Shown: positions 18,364-26,221 of the stretch, one piece after another
How the letters are laid out: each line of letters opens with the position of its first letter
How positions within the stretch are numbered: position 1 is the stretch's first letter
The notes under the pieces: model-generated
Seen by the model: only the letters and a program-made list of their open reading frames with translations
Told to the model about the DNA's origin: nothing
Database searches by the model: none
Position numbers and translations under genes: made by a program
Assembly (NCBI GenBank): GCA_965223855.1
Contig: CBDCXM010000009.1
Coordinates: forward strand, 800,001 to 864,000
DNA length: 64,000 bases
Direction: 5' to 3'
From: Candidatus Multivoradales bacterium
GTDB taxonomy: Bacteria > Acidobacteriota > Thermoanaerobaculia > Multivoradales > JAHEKO01

Positions 18364-18579
18364 TCAGGCGGCGCAGGTGGTATCGGGATCGTCGTACTCC
18401 GGCGGCTTGGTGACGCCCCAGCGCTCCTGCAGATGCTCACGCAGCTCCTGCTGGGTGAGGTCGTAGCCGCAGTCCCGGGCGATCGCGATGTAGTTCGCGG
18501 ACACCGCCTTGAGCCTGGCCTGCAGTTCCGGGTCCCGGTCCACATGATCGAAGAAAGCCTGCGCGTCCTTTTCCGACAT
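18364..18579 (-). CDS. Nif11-like leader peptide RiPP precursor, 71 aa
   Basis: GAGGGG RBS; MSEKDAQAFFDHVDRDPELQARLK...IAIARDCGYDLTQQEL fits the Nif11 leader pattern (MS..A..F...V..D.EL..KL...IA...GY.FT.EEL); sits between YcaO and protease genes. Confidence 0.85.
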   Translation of the reverse strand: MSEKDAQAFFDHVDRDPELQARLKAVSANYIAIARDCGYDLTQQELREHLQERWGVTKPPEYDDPDTTCAA

Positions 18580-18677
18580 CTCTAGTCCCCTCTTTCTGCG
18601 TCTCCCGGCACAGGCCGACGTGAAGGAACCGGAGAGCCTGGCCGGGGGAGCCCGATGATGTTGGCGAGTTCGCATAA

Positions 18678-18707
18678 ACCATAGGGTCTCGGACCACGCG
18701 CCGTCAA
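18678..18707 (-). promoter_or_regulatory. Sigma70-like promoter for the precursor/protease transcript
   Basis: Minus strand TTGACG-N18-TATGGT about 100 nt upstream of the precursor ATG. Confidence 0.5.
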
Positions 18708-18712
18708 TGGGC

Positions 18713-18744
18713 CGGGGCTCTCGGATCGGGGCTCTCGGATCGGG
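18713..18744. repeat. 14-bp tandem repeat CGGGGCTCTCGGAT, ~2.3 copies
   Basis: Exact copies at 18713-18726 and 18727-18740, then partial CGGG. Confidence 0.8.
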
Positions 18745-18759
18745 CTTCAGCTCAGGGCG

Positions 18760-20946
18760 TCAGATCAGTACGTGAGCCTCGTGGAGGTCGCTCTCGCTGC
18801 ACGGGGTCCTCCGCCAGCCGACCGCGACCGGCACCTCGAACAGCCGGCCGGGAGCGAAGCGCGGCCAGTAGTGGCGCAGCCCCGGCGCGACGACTCGCAC
18901 GACGTCGAGCTCGAACTCGGGACGGCTCTGGTCGAGGACGAATGTTTCGATGCCGGCTGCGAGCAGGCGCTCGACGCACAGCTCGATCGCTGAGGCGATG
19001 TCGTCGGCAAGCGGCGGCCCGAACTCGCCTCGGTCTCGCACGCCGGTCGGCTCGTCGAGGAACGGGCACTCGAGCGCGAGCGGTCGGCTCACCAGCCGAC
19101 GCCCGCTGCCGGCGAGCAGGCCGGGGAGGAACTGGTTGATCTCGCTGAGGGCGCGGGCCAGGGCGATGGCCGGATCGACGTGGGCACCGAAGCCGAGCAG
19201 CGGCTGCCCTTCCTTTGCCGTCGCGTCGCGGGCGACGGCGGCGAACGTCGGAATGCCGAGGTCGTGGGTGATGTCGTAGACGGCGAGTCGCCGCCCCAGT
19301 GAGCGGTAGTGCTCGCTCATGCGGCGCATCTCGGCACCGTCGAGGGCGATCCGCGGCCGCGGAATGCGGTTGTACCACCAGACGGCGACGGCGTCGCGCT
19401 CGATCAGCTCCAGCAGCCCCTGGAGGACCGCTTCTTCGAAGCTGTTGCCCGCCGCCGTGCCGTTCGAGTCCGCCGGGCAGTCGTCCGCTTCGGGATGGCC
19501 GTAGAAACACCGTGCCGTCGGCAGGTAGCGCGGAGGACCGCCGCCGAGCGGTCTCAGCTCGGTCCAGTCGCGCTCCCGCCCGTCGTCGAACGTCTCGGGG
19601 ACGCGCTCGTAGGGGTGACGCGTTCGGCTGTTCCAGCGGTCCCGATCGGCCAGCTGCCGGGCGCTGAACTGGAGCACGTCGCCGGCCGGCACGGCGTCGT
19701 CGCCGAGCTCCCGTGCGGTCGCGCGCAAGGTGGCGTCGCCGCCTCTGTAGACACCGCTGTAGCGCTCGATCGCCTCGCCCAGCGCGCTCACCCGCGCCTG
19801 AGCGTCGGAAAACCCCTTGCCGGCGCTCTGCCGGCGCCAGCCACGATGGACTCCCTCGGAGCGTCCCACCAGCGGCGGGAAGAGATGCTCGGCGACGTAG
19901 ACGACGGATCCACCGGCGTCCTGCCGCTCGAGGCGCGAGACGACTCCGGTCAGCGGGCTGAGGTGACGCTCGAGCCGCGCGCAGGTCTCCTGCGGATCCA
20001 CGCTTCGGTAACCGCCGTCCGTCCAACCGCCGCCGGTCGCTGCAGCGGTAGCAGCGTGAGTCCGGATCCCACCCGATTCCTCCGTCCCGGTTGCTCGTTC
20101 GCGAGAGCAGGTCGGGCAGTCGGAGGCAGGGACGACCACGTGCCGCCGAACCTCTCCGGTGACATGGGAAAGGGTGTGGAGAGTGTTCGTCAGGACGGGC
20201 TCATCGGCCGTGCCCGTCAGCCAGCGAGCCGCCCGCTCGGCGACCCAGGTGTGAGCGGCCCGCAGATGCGACCGCGCGGTGGTGGAGAGCGGCGCCGCAG
20301 CTTCGATCACATGGGCCCGTGGCGCTTCGAGCTGGAGCCATGGGCGGTTGCGGCGCAGCCGCCGCGCCAGGCAGGGCCAGCAGCCGGGTGTCCGCGGGCC
20401 GAAGGACGGCCCGACCCAGCACTCCGTTCCCACCGGTCGGGCGAGGAGCCACGAGACGTTCCCTCTCACGGCCTCTTCGTGCCAGCCCTCGATTTCGGGA
20501 TGGAGGTAGTCCTCGGTGAGGACGAGCACCCGCTGCGCATCCGTAGCGACTCTCACGCCGTGCTCTTCGAGCGTCCCGATCTGCAGGGACTCCTCGACCT
20601 CGCCGAAGGTCACGAGTCGGACGGTGCGCGCGACACCCTGATCGACCGGGGCGAGCCTGATCTCGGCGGACGGTGCCGGCGGGTCGTCCAGAGGCGCCGA
20701 CGCCAGAACCCCCGCCGCTTGCAGCATGTCCAGGCCGAAGTCGACGTCGATGGCGGTGGCATGCCCTTCGACCGCCGCGACGACGTCCTCGCGGCTCATC
20801 GTGCCGTCGAGCAGCGGTACGAGCTTCGGCAGCAGGCGACCGGGAAGCGCCGTGTGGCGCCAGTCATCGATCACGAGCACGAGATCGGGCTCGATCACCT
20901 CGACGCGCAGACGGCGTTTGAATCGCGGGTTCCGGGAGATGGGCAG
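18760..20946 (-). CDS. Fused TOMM leader-binding (RRE/E1-like) YcaO cyclodehydratase
   Basis: N-terminal PRFK..LRVEVIEPD, VLTEDYL, WLLARPVG..CWVGP.F.P..PGCWPCL..R, CPTC, DGGYR, SPLTGVV, SAGKG...QAR.SALGEAIERYS, SNGTAAGN..EEAVLQGLLELIERDA, RALSE, VVRVVAPGLRHYWPRFAPGRLF. Start uncertain (CTG 20946 or GTG 20898); the ORF-track extension to 22770 is antisense shadow. Confidence 0.9.
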   Translation of the reverse strand: MPISRNPRFKRRLRVEVIEPDLVLVIDDWRHTALPGRLLPKLVPLLDGTMSREDVVAAVEGHATAIDVDFGLDMLQAAGVLASAPLDDPPAPSAEIRLAPVDQGVARTVRLVTFGEVEESLQIGTLEEHGVRVATDAQRVLVLTEDYLHPEIEGWHEEAVRGNVSWLLARPVGTECWVGPSFGPRTPGCWPCLARRLRRNRPWLQLEAPRAHVIEAAAPLSTTARSHLRAAHTWVAERAARWLTGTADEPVLTNTLHTLSHVTGEVRRHVVVPASDCPTCSRERATGTEESGGIRTHAATAAATGGGWTDGGYRSVDPQETCARLERHLSPLTGVVSRLERQDAGGSVVYVAEHLFPPLVGRSEGVHRGWRRQSAGKGFSDAQARVSALGEAIERYSGVYRGGDATLRATARELGDDAVPAGDVLQFSARQLADRDRWNSRTRHPYERVPETFDDGRERDWTELRPLGGGPPRYLPTARCFYGHPEADDCPADSNGTAAGNSFEEAVLQGLLELIERDAVAVWWYNRIPRPRIALDGAEMRRMSEHYRSLGRRLAVYDITHDLGIPTFAAVARDATAKEGQPLLGFGAHVDPAIALARALSEINQFLPGLLAGSGRRLVSRPLALECPFLDEPTGVRDRGEFGPPLADDIASAIELCVERLLAAGIETFVLDQSRPEFELDVVRVVAPGLRHYWPRFAPGRLFEVPVAVGWRRTPCSESDLHEAHVLI

Positions 20947-21075
20947 GAGGCTATCAACGCGAGTCGGAAGCCCTCCGAAGCGACGACGCGACGAAGCATT
21001 GCTACGATCGCACCTATCGAAGCGACGGACAGACCTCGACCGGGTCGCGGCGGCGACGGCAGGGGCACCGCAGAG

Positions 21076-22947
21076 GTGGTGCTGGTGGGGATGCCGTTCG
21101 CGCCGCTGCGCGACCCGTCGATCGCGCTCAGTCTGCTGAAGGCTTCGGTGCCCGACGTCACCGCGCGGGTGCTCTATCTCAATCTCGCGTTCGCCGAGCG
21201 CTACGGCGTCGAGCTCTACCAGCTCGTGGCCAACGGCCTGCCGGGACCGTGCCTGCCCGGCGAGTGGCTCTTCTCTCGCGCCCTCCACGACGAAGCGCCC
21301 CACTCGATCGAGGCCTACATGGACGACATTCTCGATCCGGCGGCGGGCGATCGCCTGACCGTCGACAGCCGTCGCGACTTTCTCGCCGCCGCGGCTTCGA
21401 TCGACGACTTCGTGACCGACTGTGTGGCGACGATCGAGGCGCTCGAGCCGCGCATCGTCGGCTTCAGCAGCGTCTTCCAGCAGCACGCACCCGCCCTGGC
21501 CCTGGCCCGCGCGCTCGCGCGCCGCAACCCCGATCTCTTCATCCTCTTCGGCGGTGCCAACGTCGAGGGAGTGATGGGGCTCGAGACGATCAGGAGCTTC
21601 CGGTTCGTCGACGCTTCGGTGTCGGGAGAGGCCGATCTCGTCTTCCCACGCATCGTCGAGCGCGTCCTCGCCGGAGAACCGGTAGACGATCTCGACGGAG
21701 TGATCACGTCGGCGAACCTCGAACTGCGAGCGGCCGACGAGCGGCTGACGGCGCCGCGCACCGCGGCGATGGACGACCTCCCCTACCCCGACTACGACGA
21801 CTTCTTCGATCAGTGGTACGGCTCGTCGCTGGCCGCCGCGATGACGGCGCGGCTCGTCTACGAGACCTCGCGTGGCTGCTGGTGGGGCGAGAAGCAGCAC
21901 TGCACCTTCTGCGGCATCAACGGCGCCTCGATGGCGTTTCGCAGCAAGAGCTCCGAGCGCGCGATGGAGGAGCTGCTCCACCTCATCGACACCTACCCGG
22001 GCCACCCCCTGATGGTCGTCGACACGATCCTCAACATGAGGTTCTTCGACGACTTCCTGCCGCGCCTCGCCGAGACCGGGCTCGACCTCAAGCTCTTCTA
22101 CGAGACCAAGGCGAACCTGCGCAAGGACCAGATCGAGCTGCTGCAGGCGGCGGGCGTGACCGAGATCCAGCCGGGGATCGAGAGTCTGAGCGACCCGGTG
22201 CTCGCCGAGATGCGCAAGGGCGTGTCGGCGCTCCAGAACGTGCAACTGCTCAAGTGGTGCGCCACGATCGGCGTCTGGCCGTCGTGGTACTTCCTCTGGG
22301 GCTTCCCCAACGAGGATCCGGACGAGTACCGCAAGATGGCGGCGCTGATCCCGCACCTGAGCCACCTGCCGCCACCGATGGTCGGCACGCCGATCCACCT
22401 GGTGCGGTGGAGCCCGAATCTCGAGCGCTCGGAAGAGATGGGCTTCGTCGATGTGCGCCCCGCGCCCGCCTACCGGCACGTCTACGGTCTCGACGAGGCG
22501 GCGCTCGAGAATCTCGCCTACTACTTCGCGTTCCGCTACGGCGACGGGCGCGACATCACCGGGTACACGGCACCGCTGGTGGCGGCGATCGAGCGCTGGC
22601 GCGAGGTCTACGAGGAGAGCGAGCTGTTCTCCGTCGAGCGCGAAGACGAGCTGTGGGTCTGGGACCTGCGGCCGGGTGCCATCCAGCCGCTGACGGCGCT
22701 CGAGGGGGCCGAGCGGCGGCTTTACCTCGACTGCGACCAGATCCGCACCCTCGCCTGGCTCGGCGAGCATTCGCTGGCGCTCCCGGATCGAGCGGCAACC
22801 CGGGAAGAAGTGCTGGCGGTGGTCGAACCACTCGTCGTGCGTGGCTTTGCGGTGCGCGACGGGGAGCGGGTGCTGGCGCTGGCGCTGCCGCGCGGAGAAT
22901 CCGTGCCGCAGCGGGCCAGGGCGAAAGCCGCCACGTCAAGCGGCTGA
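21076..22947 (+). CDS. RiPP-maturation B12-dependent radical SAM C-methyltransferase (class B)
   Basis: N-terminal cobalamin-binding region (LVGMPFA...PSIALSLLKA, IVGFSSVFQQ, FGGAN, GEAD), ETSRGCWWGEKQHCTFCG (CX7CX2C), FYETKANL, IQPGIESL, MRKG. Start taken as GTG 21076 after AGGGG. Confidence 0.88.
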   Translation: MVLVGMPFAPLRDPSIALSLLKASVPDVTARVLYLNLAFAERYGVELYQLVANGLPGPCLPGEWLFSRALHDEAPHSIEAYMDDILDPAAGDRLTVDSRRDFLAAAASIDDFVTDCVATIEALEPRIVGFSSVFQQHAPALALARALARRNPDLFILFGGANVEGVMGLETIRSFRFVDASVSGEADLVFPRIVERVLAGEPVDDLDGVITSANLELRAADERLTAPRTAAMDDLPYPDYDDFFDQWYGSSLAAAMTARLVYETSRGCWWGEKQHCTFCGINGASMAFRSKSSERAMEELLHLIDTYPGHPLMVVDTILNMRFFDDFLPRLAETGLDLKLFYETKANLRKDQIELLQAAGVTEIQPGIESLSDPVLAEMRKGVSALQNVQLLKWCATIGVWPSWYFLWGFPNEDPDEYRKMAALIPHLSHLPPPMVGTPIHLVRWSPNLERSEEMGFVDVRPAPAYRHVYGLDEAALENLAYYFAFRYGDGRDITGYTAPLVAAIERWREVYEESELFSVEREDELWVWDLRPGAIQPLTALEGAERRLYLDCDQIRTLAWLGEHSLALPDRAATREEVLAVVEPLVVRGFAVRDGERVLALALPRGESVPQRARAKAATSSG

Positions 22948-23061
22948 CGCTGGACACGGCGAACGGGACGCCTGCAACCGGAGAGCAGGTGGCGGCGACT
23001 CGCTCGTCGGAAGCCAGCGCCGGTTCCCGCGCGCGAGCACGCAGGCGTTCCCCCGCCCACC

Positions 23062-23087
23062 TCATCCGGTGGCACGAGGACTCCGTA
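23062..23087 (+). promoter_or_regulatory. Putative ECF (SigK/ECF18-19-type) promoter
   Basis: TCATCC-N16-CGTA about 95 nt upstream of the DUF4331 gene, whose gene run contains a SigK/RskA-like pair. Confidence 0.55.
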
Positions 23088-23181
23088 GGGCTGATGAAAC
23101 GGCAGCCGCAGATCGTGCGGCGGCAGTCGAATCACCGCGCGAACTATCGCCCCACCCAACGCCCTACAGGAGAGTTACCGC

Positions 23182-24624
23182 ATGAGAGCCCACTCGAAAC
23201 GCAAAACCCGGGTCGCCCTGGGCGCCCTCGCACTCCTCGCCGCGCTGCCGCTGGCAGCGTCGAGCCACCGCGAAGCGCCGGGAATCATCGCCCACCCGCA
23301 GGTCGACGGCACCGACTTCTACATGTTCCGCAGCTACGAGGCCGGCCGCGACGGCTTCGTCACCCTGATCGCCAACTACCTGCCGCTGCAGGATCCGTAC
23401 GGCGGGCCGAACTACTTCCCGCTCGACCCGGACGCCCGGTACCGGATCAACATCGACAACAGCGGCGACGGTCGGCCGAACGTGATCTTCGAGTTCCTGC
23501 CCGACCAGCAGCTCAGGGATATCCGCCTCGACGTCGGCGACAAGAGCGTGTCGATCCCGCTCAAGAACGCCGGACCGATCGTCGCCGGTGACGAGGGGGC
23601 GCTCAACGTCACCGAGTCGTACCGCGTGCGGGTGATTCGCCCCGGCGGTGCCTCGGGCGGATTGACCCAGCTCGACAACGGCAGCGAGCACTTCCGCAAG
23701 CCGATGGACAACATCGGCCGGAAGTCGTTCCCCGACTACGCCTCCTACGCCAACTCGTTCCTCTACGACGCGGCGATCCCCGGTTGCGGCAACGGCCGGG
23801 TGTTCGTCGGCCAGCGCAAGGACTCGTTCGCCGTCAACCTCGGTGAGGTGTTCGACCTCGTCAACATCCGCAACCCGGTCGGCGGCAGCAACCGCGAGAC
23901 CGACGATCTGGCGGACAAGAACGTCACCTCCTTCATTCTCGAGGTGCCGATCGACTGTCTGACTCAGGGCTCCACCGACGTCATCGGCGGCTGGACGACC
24001 GCGAGTCTGCGACGCACCCGCCGGGCGCTCAACAACCCGACCTTCAACCGGCCCGAGGCCGCCGCCGGCGGCTTCGTGCAGGTTTCGCGTCTCGGCATGC
24101 CGCTGGTCAACGAGGTAGTGATCGGCCTTCGGGACAAGAACGCCTTCAACGCCAGCGAGCCGAAGCGCGATGCCCAGTTCGCCGACTACGTCACCAATCC
24201 GACGCTGCCCGAGCTGCTGGAGATCCTGTTCGGCGTCGAGGCGCCGAACAACTTCCCACGCGCCGATCTGCTGGCGACCTTCATCACCGGCGTGACCGGG
24301 CTCAACGAGTTCGGCTTCGGCGAGATGCAGCGGCTCAACGTCACCATCCCGCCGACCCCGAAGGGGGCGCAGGAGCGGCTCGGCGTGATCGCCGGCGACA
24401 ATGCCGGCTTCCCCAACGGTCGCCGTCCGGGTGACGACGTGGTCGACATCGAGCTGCGGGTGGCGATGGGCCTGCTGTGTCACGCCTTCCCGGGGGTTTA
24501 CTGCAGCCCCGAGGATGCGCCGGCCGGCACCCTGCCGTTCACCGACGGTGCGCGCCAGTCCGCCAGCCAGTTTGGCGACTCGTTCCCCTATCTCCGCACG
24601 CCCATCGGCGGTTCGCCGAACTGA
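23182..24624 (+). CDS. DUF4331 family secreted protein
   Basis: Signal peptide then SSHREAP, D.TDFYMFRSYE, GGPNYF, FVGQRKDSF, QVSRLGMPLVNEV, GFPNGRRPGDDVVDI, FPYL. Confidence 0.88.
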   Translation: MRAHSKRKTRVALGALALLAALPLAASSHREAPGIIAHPQVDGTDFYMFRSYEAGRDGFVTLIANYLPLQDPYGGPNYFPLDPDARYRINIDNSGDGRPNVIFEFLPDQQLRDIRLDVGDKSVSIPLKNAGPIVAGDEGALNVTESYRVRVIRPGGASGGLTQLDNGSEHFRKPMDNIGRKSFPDYASYANSFLYDAAIPGCGNGRVFVGQRKDSFAVNLGEVFDLVNIRNPVGGSNRETDDLADKNVTSFILEVPIDCLTQGSTDVIGGWTTASLRRTRRALNNPTFNRPEAAAGGFVQVSRLGMPLVNEVVIGLRDKNAFNASEPKRDAQFADYVTNPTLPELLEILFGVEAPNNFPRADLLATFITGVTGLNEFGFGEMQRLNVTIPPTPKGAQERLGVIAGDNAGFPNGRRPGDDVVDIELRVAMGLLCHAFPGVYCSPEDAPAGTLPFTDGARQSASQFGDSFPYLRTPIGGSPN

Positions 24625-24770
24625 GGCGTCTCTCCTCCTCGGTGCCGGGCCGGAGGCCCGGTCTTCGAACGCCAGGGCCGGAGGCCCGGTATTCGAACGA
24701 CAGACCCGGTAGAAGGGGCCGGCCCGGCACCGATCCTCTCTCTTGACGGTTACCTTGCGGAGGCTGCGCC

Positions 24771-25586
24771 ATGTTCATGCTTCGTCTCTCCCTGGTCCTT
24801 TTCGCCCTCGGGTTGATGGTCGGCCAGGCGCTCGCGGCTCACGACTTCTGGATCGAGCCGCACACCTTCACGGCAGCTGCCGGCACGACGGTCGCACTGG
24901 AGCTGCGCGTGGGTGAGCACCTCGAGGGTGATCGCCTGCCGGCCCCGCGGCCCGAGAGCGGTCGCTTCCTCCCGGGGCCCGGAATCGAGCTGCGATCGAT
25001 CCCCGGTGCGCGCCCGGCGGCAGTCGCCGGCGTCGTCGAGAGCGGAGCCAGGGCGATCGGCTACACGAGCGAGGACCGGACGATCGAACTGCCGGCCGAA
25101 GAGTTCGAGAGCTACCTTCGAGAGGAGGGACTCGAGCACGCGCTCGAAGAGCGCCGCCGGCGTGGGGAGGAGCAACGTCCGGGCCGCGAGAAGTTCTCCC
25201 GTTCGGTCAAGACGGTCCTTTCGGTCGGCGGCGCCGCGGCTCACGAGGCGCCCCTGCTGGGCCTGCCGTTCGAACTGCAATTGGAAGGCGGGCCCGGGGC
25301 CGACGGCTCGACCCTCGTCCGCGCGCTGTTTCGCGACCGACCGCTGGCGGCGATTCGCGTTGTCGCCCTGGCCTACGACGATCCTTCGACGCCGACCGTC
25401 GGTCGCACCGACGAGGAGGGCCGGGTCCAGTTGACGCTCAGCGGTACCGGTCCGTGGCTCGTGAAGGCGGTCCACATCGAGCGTCTCGAGGATCCGGACG
25501 CCGACTGGAAGAGCTGGTGGGCCTCCGTGACCTTTGCCACCACCGACCGGGTGGCGGGTGCGAAACACTCGATTGCGCCTCGCTGA
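24771..25586 (+). CDS. DUF4198 family periplasmic protein
   Basis: Signal peptide then AHDFWIEP; F.SYLREEGL; RTDEEGRV...GPWLV; WKSWWASVTF. Confidence 0.8.
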   Translation: MFMLRLSLVLFALGLMVGQALAAHDFWIEPHTFTAAAGTTVALELRVGEHLEGDRLPAPRPESGRFLPGPGIELRSIPGARPAAVAGVVESGARAIGYTSEDRTIELPAEEFESYLREEGLEHALEERRRRGEEQRPGREKFSRSVKTVLSVGGAAAHEAPLLGLPFELQLEGGPGADGSTLVRALFRDRPLAAIRVVALAYDDPSTPTVGRTDEEGRVQLTLSGTGPWLVKAVHIERLEDPDADWKSWWASVTFATTDRVAGAKHSIAPR

Positions 25587-25642
25587 GTCGCTGCTAGCAT
25601 CATCGCCTTCCAATGTCGGGAAGTAGCGGTGAGATCCATCGA

Positions 25643-26221
25643 ATGACCACCGAGGTGCGAGAGGACGACCTGATGCTCCGTGTGGCCGGCGGCGACAGCG
25701 TGGCGTTCGCGCAGCTCTTCGATCTTCACGCCTCGAAGGTGCTCGGCTCGCTGGTGGCGCTGCTCCGGCGGCGCGAAGTCGCGGAGGAGGTGCTTCAGGA
25801 GACGTTCCTCCAGGCATGGTCGCAGGCGGAGCGCTACAACCCGGCGCGCGCCACGCCGGCCGGCTGGCTGTTGATGCTGGCGCGCTCCCGGGCCCTCGAT
25901 CGGCTGCGCTCGGCAACGGCACGCGAGCGTCGCGAGGAGAGGACCGCCGAGGCTCCGCAGACGGCGAGATTCGAGCAGCCGGTGGGGACCCGCCAGCTGG
26001 AGACCGAGGAGCGCCGGCGAATGGTCGTCACGGCGCTCGGCGAACTGCCGCCCGATCAGCGAAGATGTCTCGAGATGGCCTTCTACGACGGTCGCTCGCA
26101 GAGCGAGATCGCGACCCGGCTCGACATGCCGCTCGGGACGGTCAAGTCGCGGGTGCGGGCGGCGATGAAGAAGGTTGGAGCCGCCGTCCGACCCTACTTC
26201 GATGCGGGCGAACCGACATGA
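25643..26221 (+). CDS. ECF RNA polymerase sigma factor (SigK-like)
   Basis: AEEVLQETFLQAW, WLLMLARSRALDRLR, LPPDQR...AFYDGRSQSEIA..L.MPLGTVKSR; start 25613 or 25643. Confidence 0.9.
   Translation: MTTEVREDDLMLRVAGGDSVAFAQLFDLHASKVLGSLVALLRRREVAEEVLQETFLQAWSQAERYNPARATPAGWLLMLARSRALDRLRSATARERREERTAEAPQTARFEQPVGTRQLETEERRRMVVTALGELPPDQRRCLEMAFYDGRSQSEIATRLDMPLGTVKSRVRAAMKKVGAAVRPYFDAGEPT

Noticed and set aside
19309-22770. Apparent giant overlapping ORFs (1336 aa minus strand, 1212 aa plus strand) suggesting YcaO/rSAM fusions or true bidirectional coding
   Set aside because: The extensions are stop-free antisense shadows of the two divergent genes, which is common at this GC content; family motifs begin only near 20946 and 21076.
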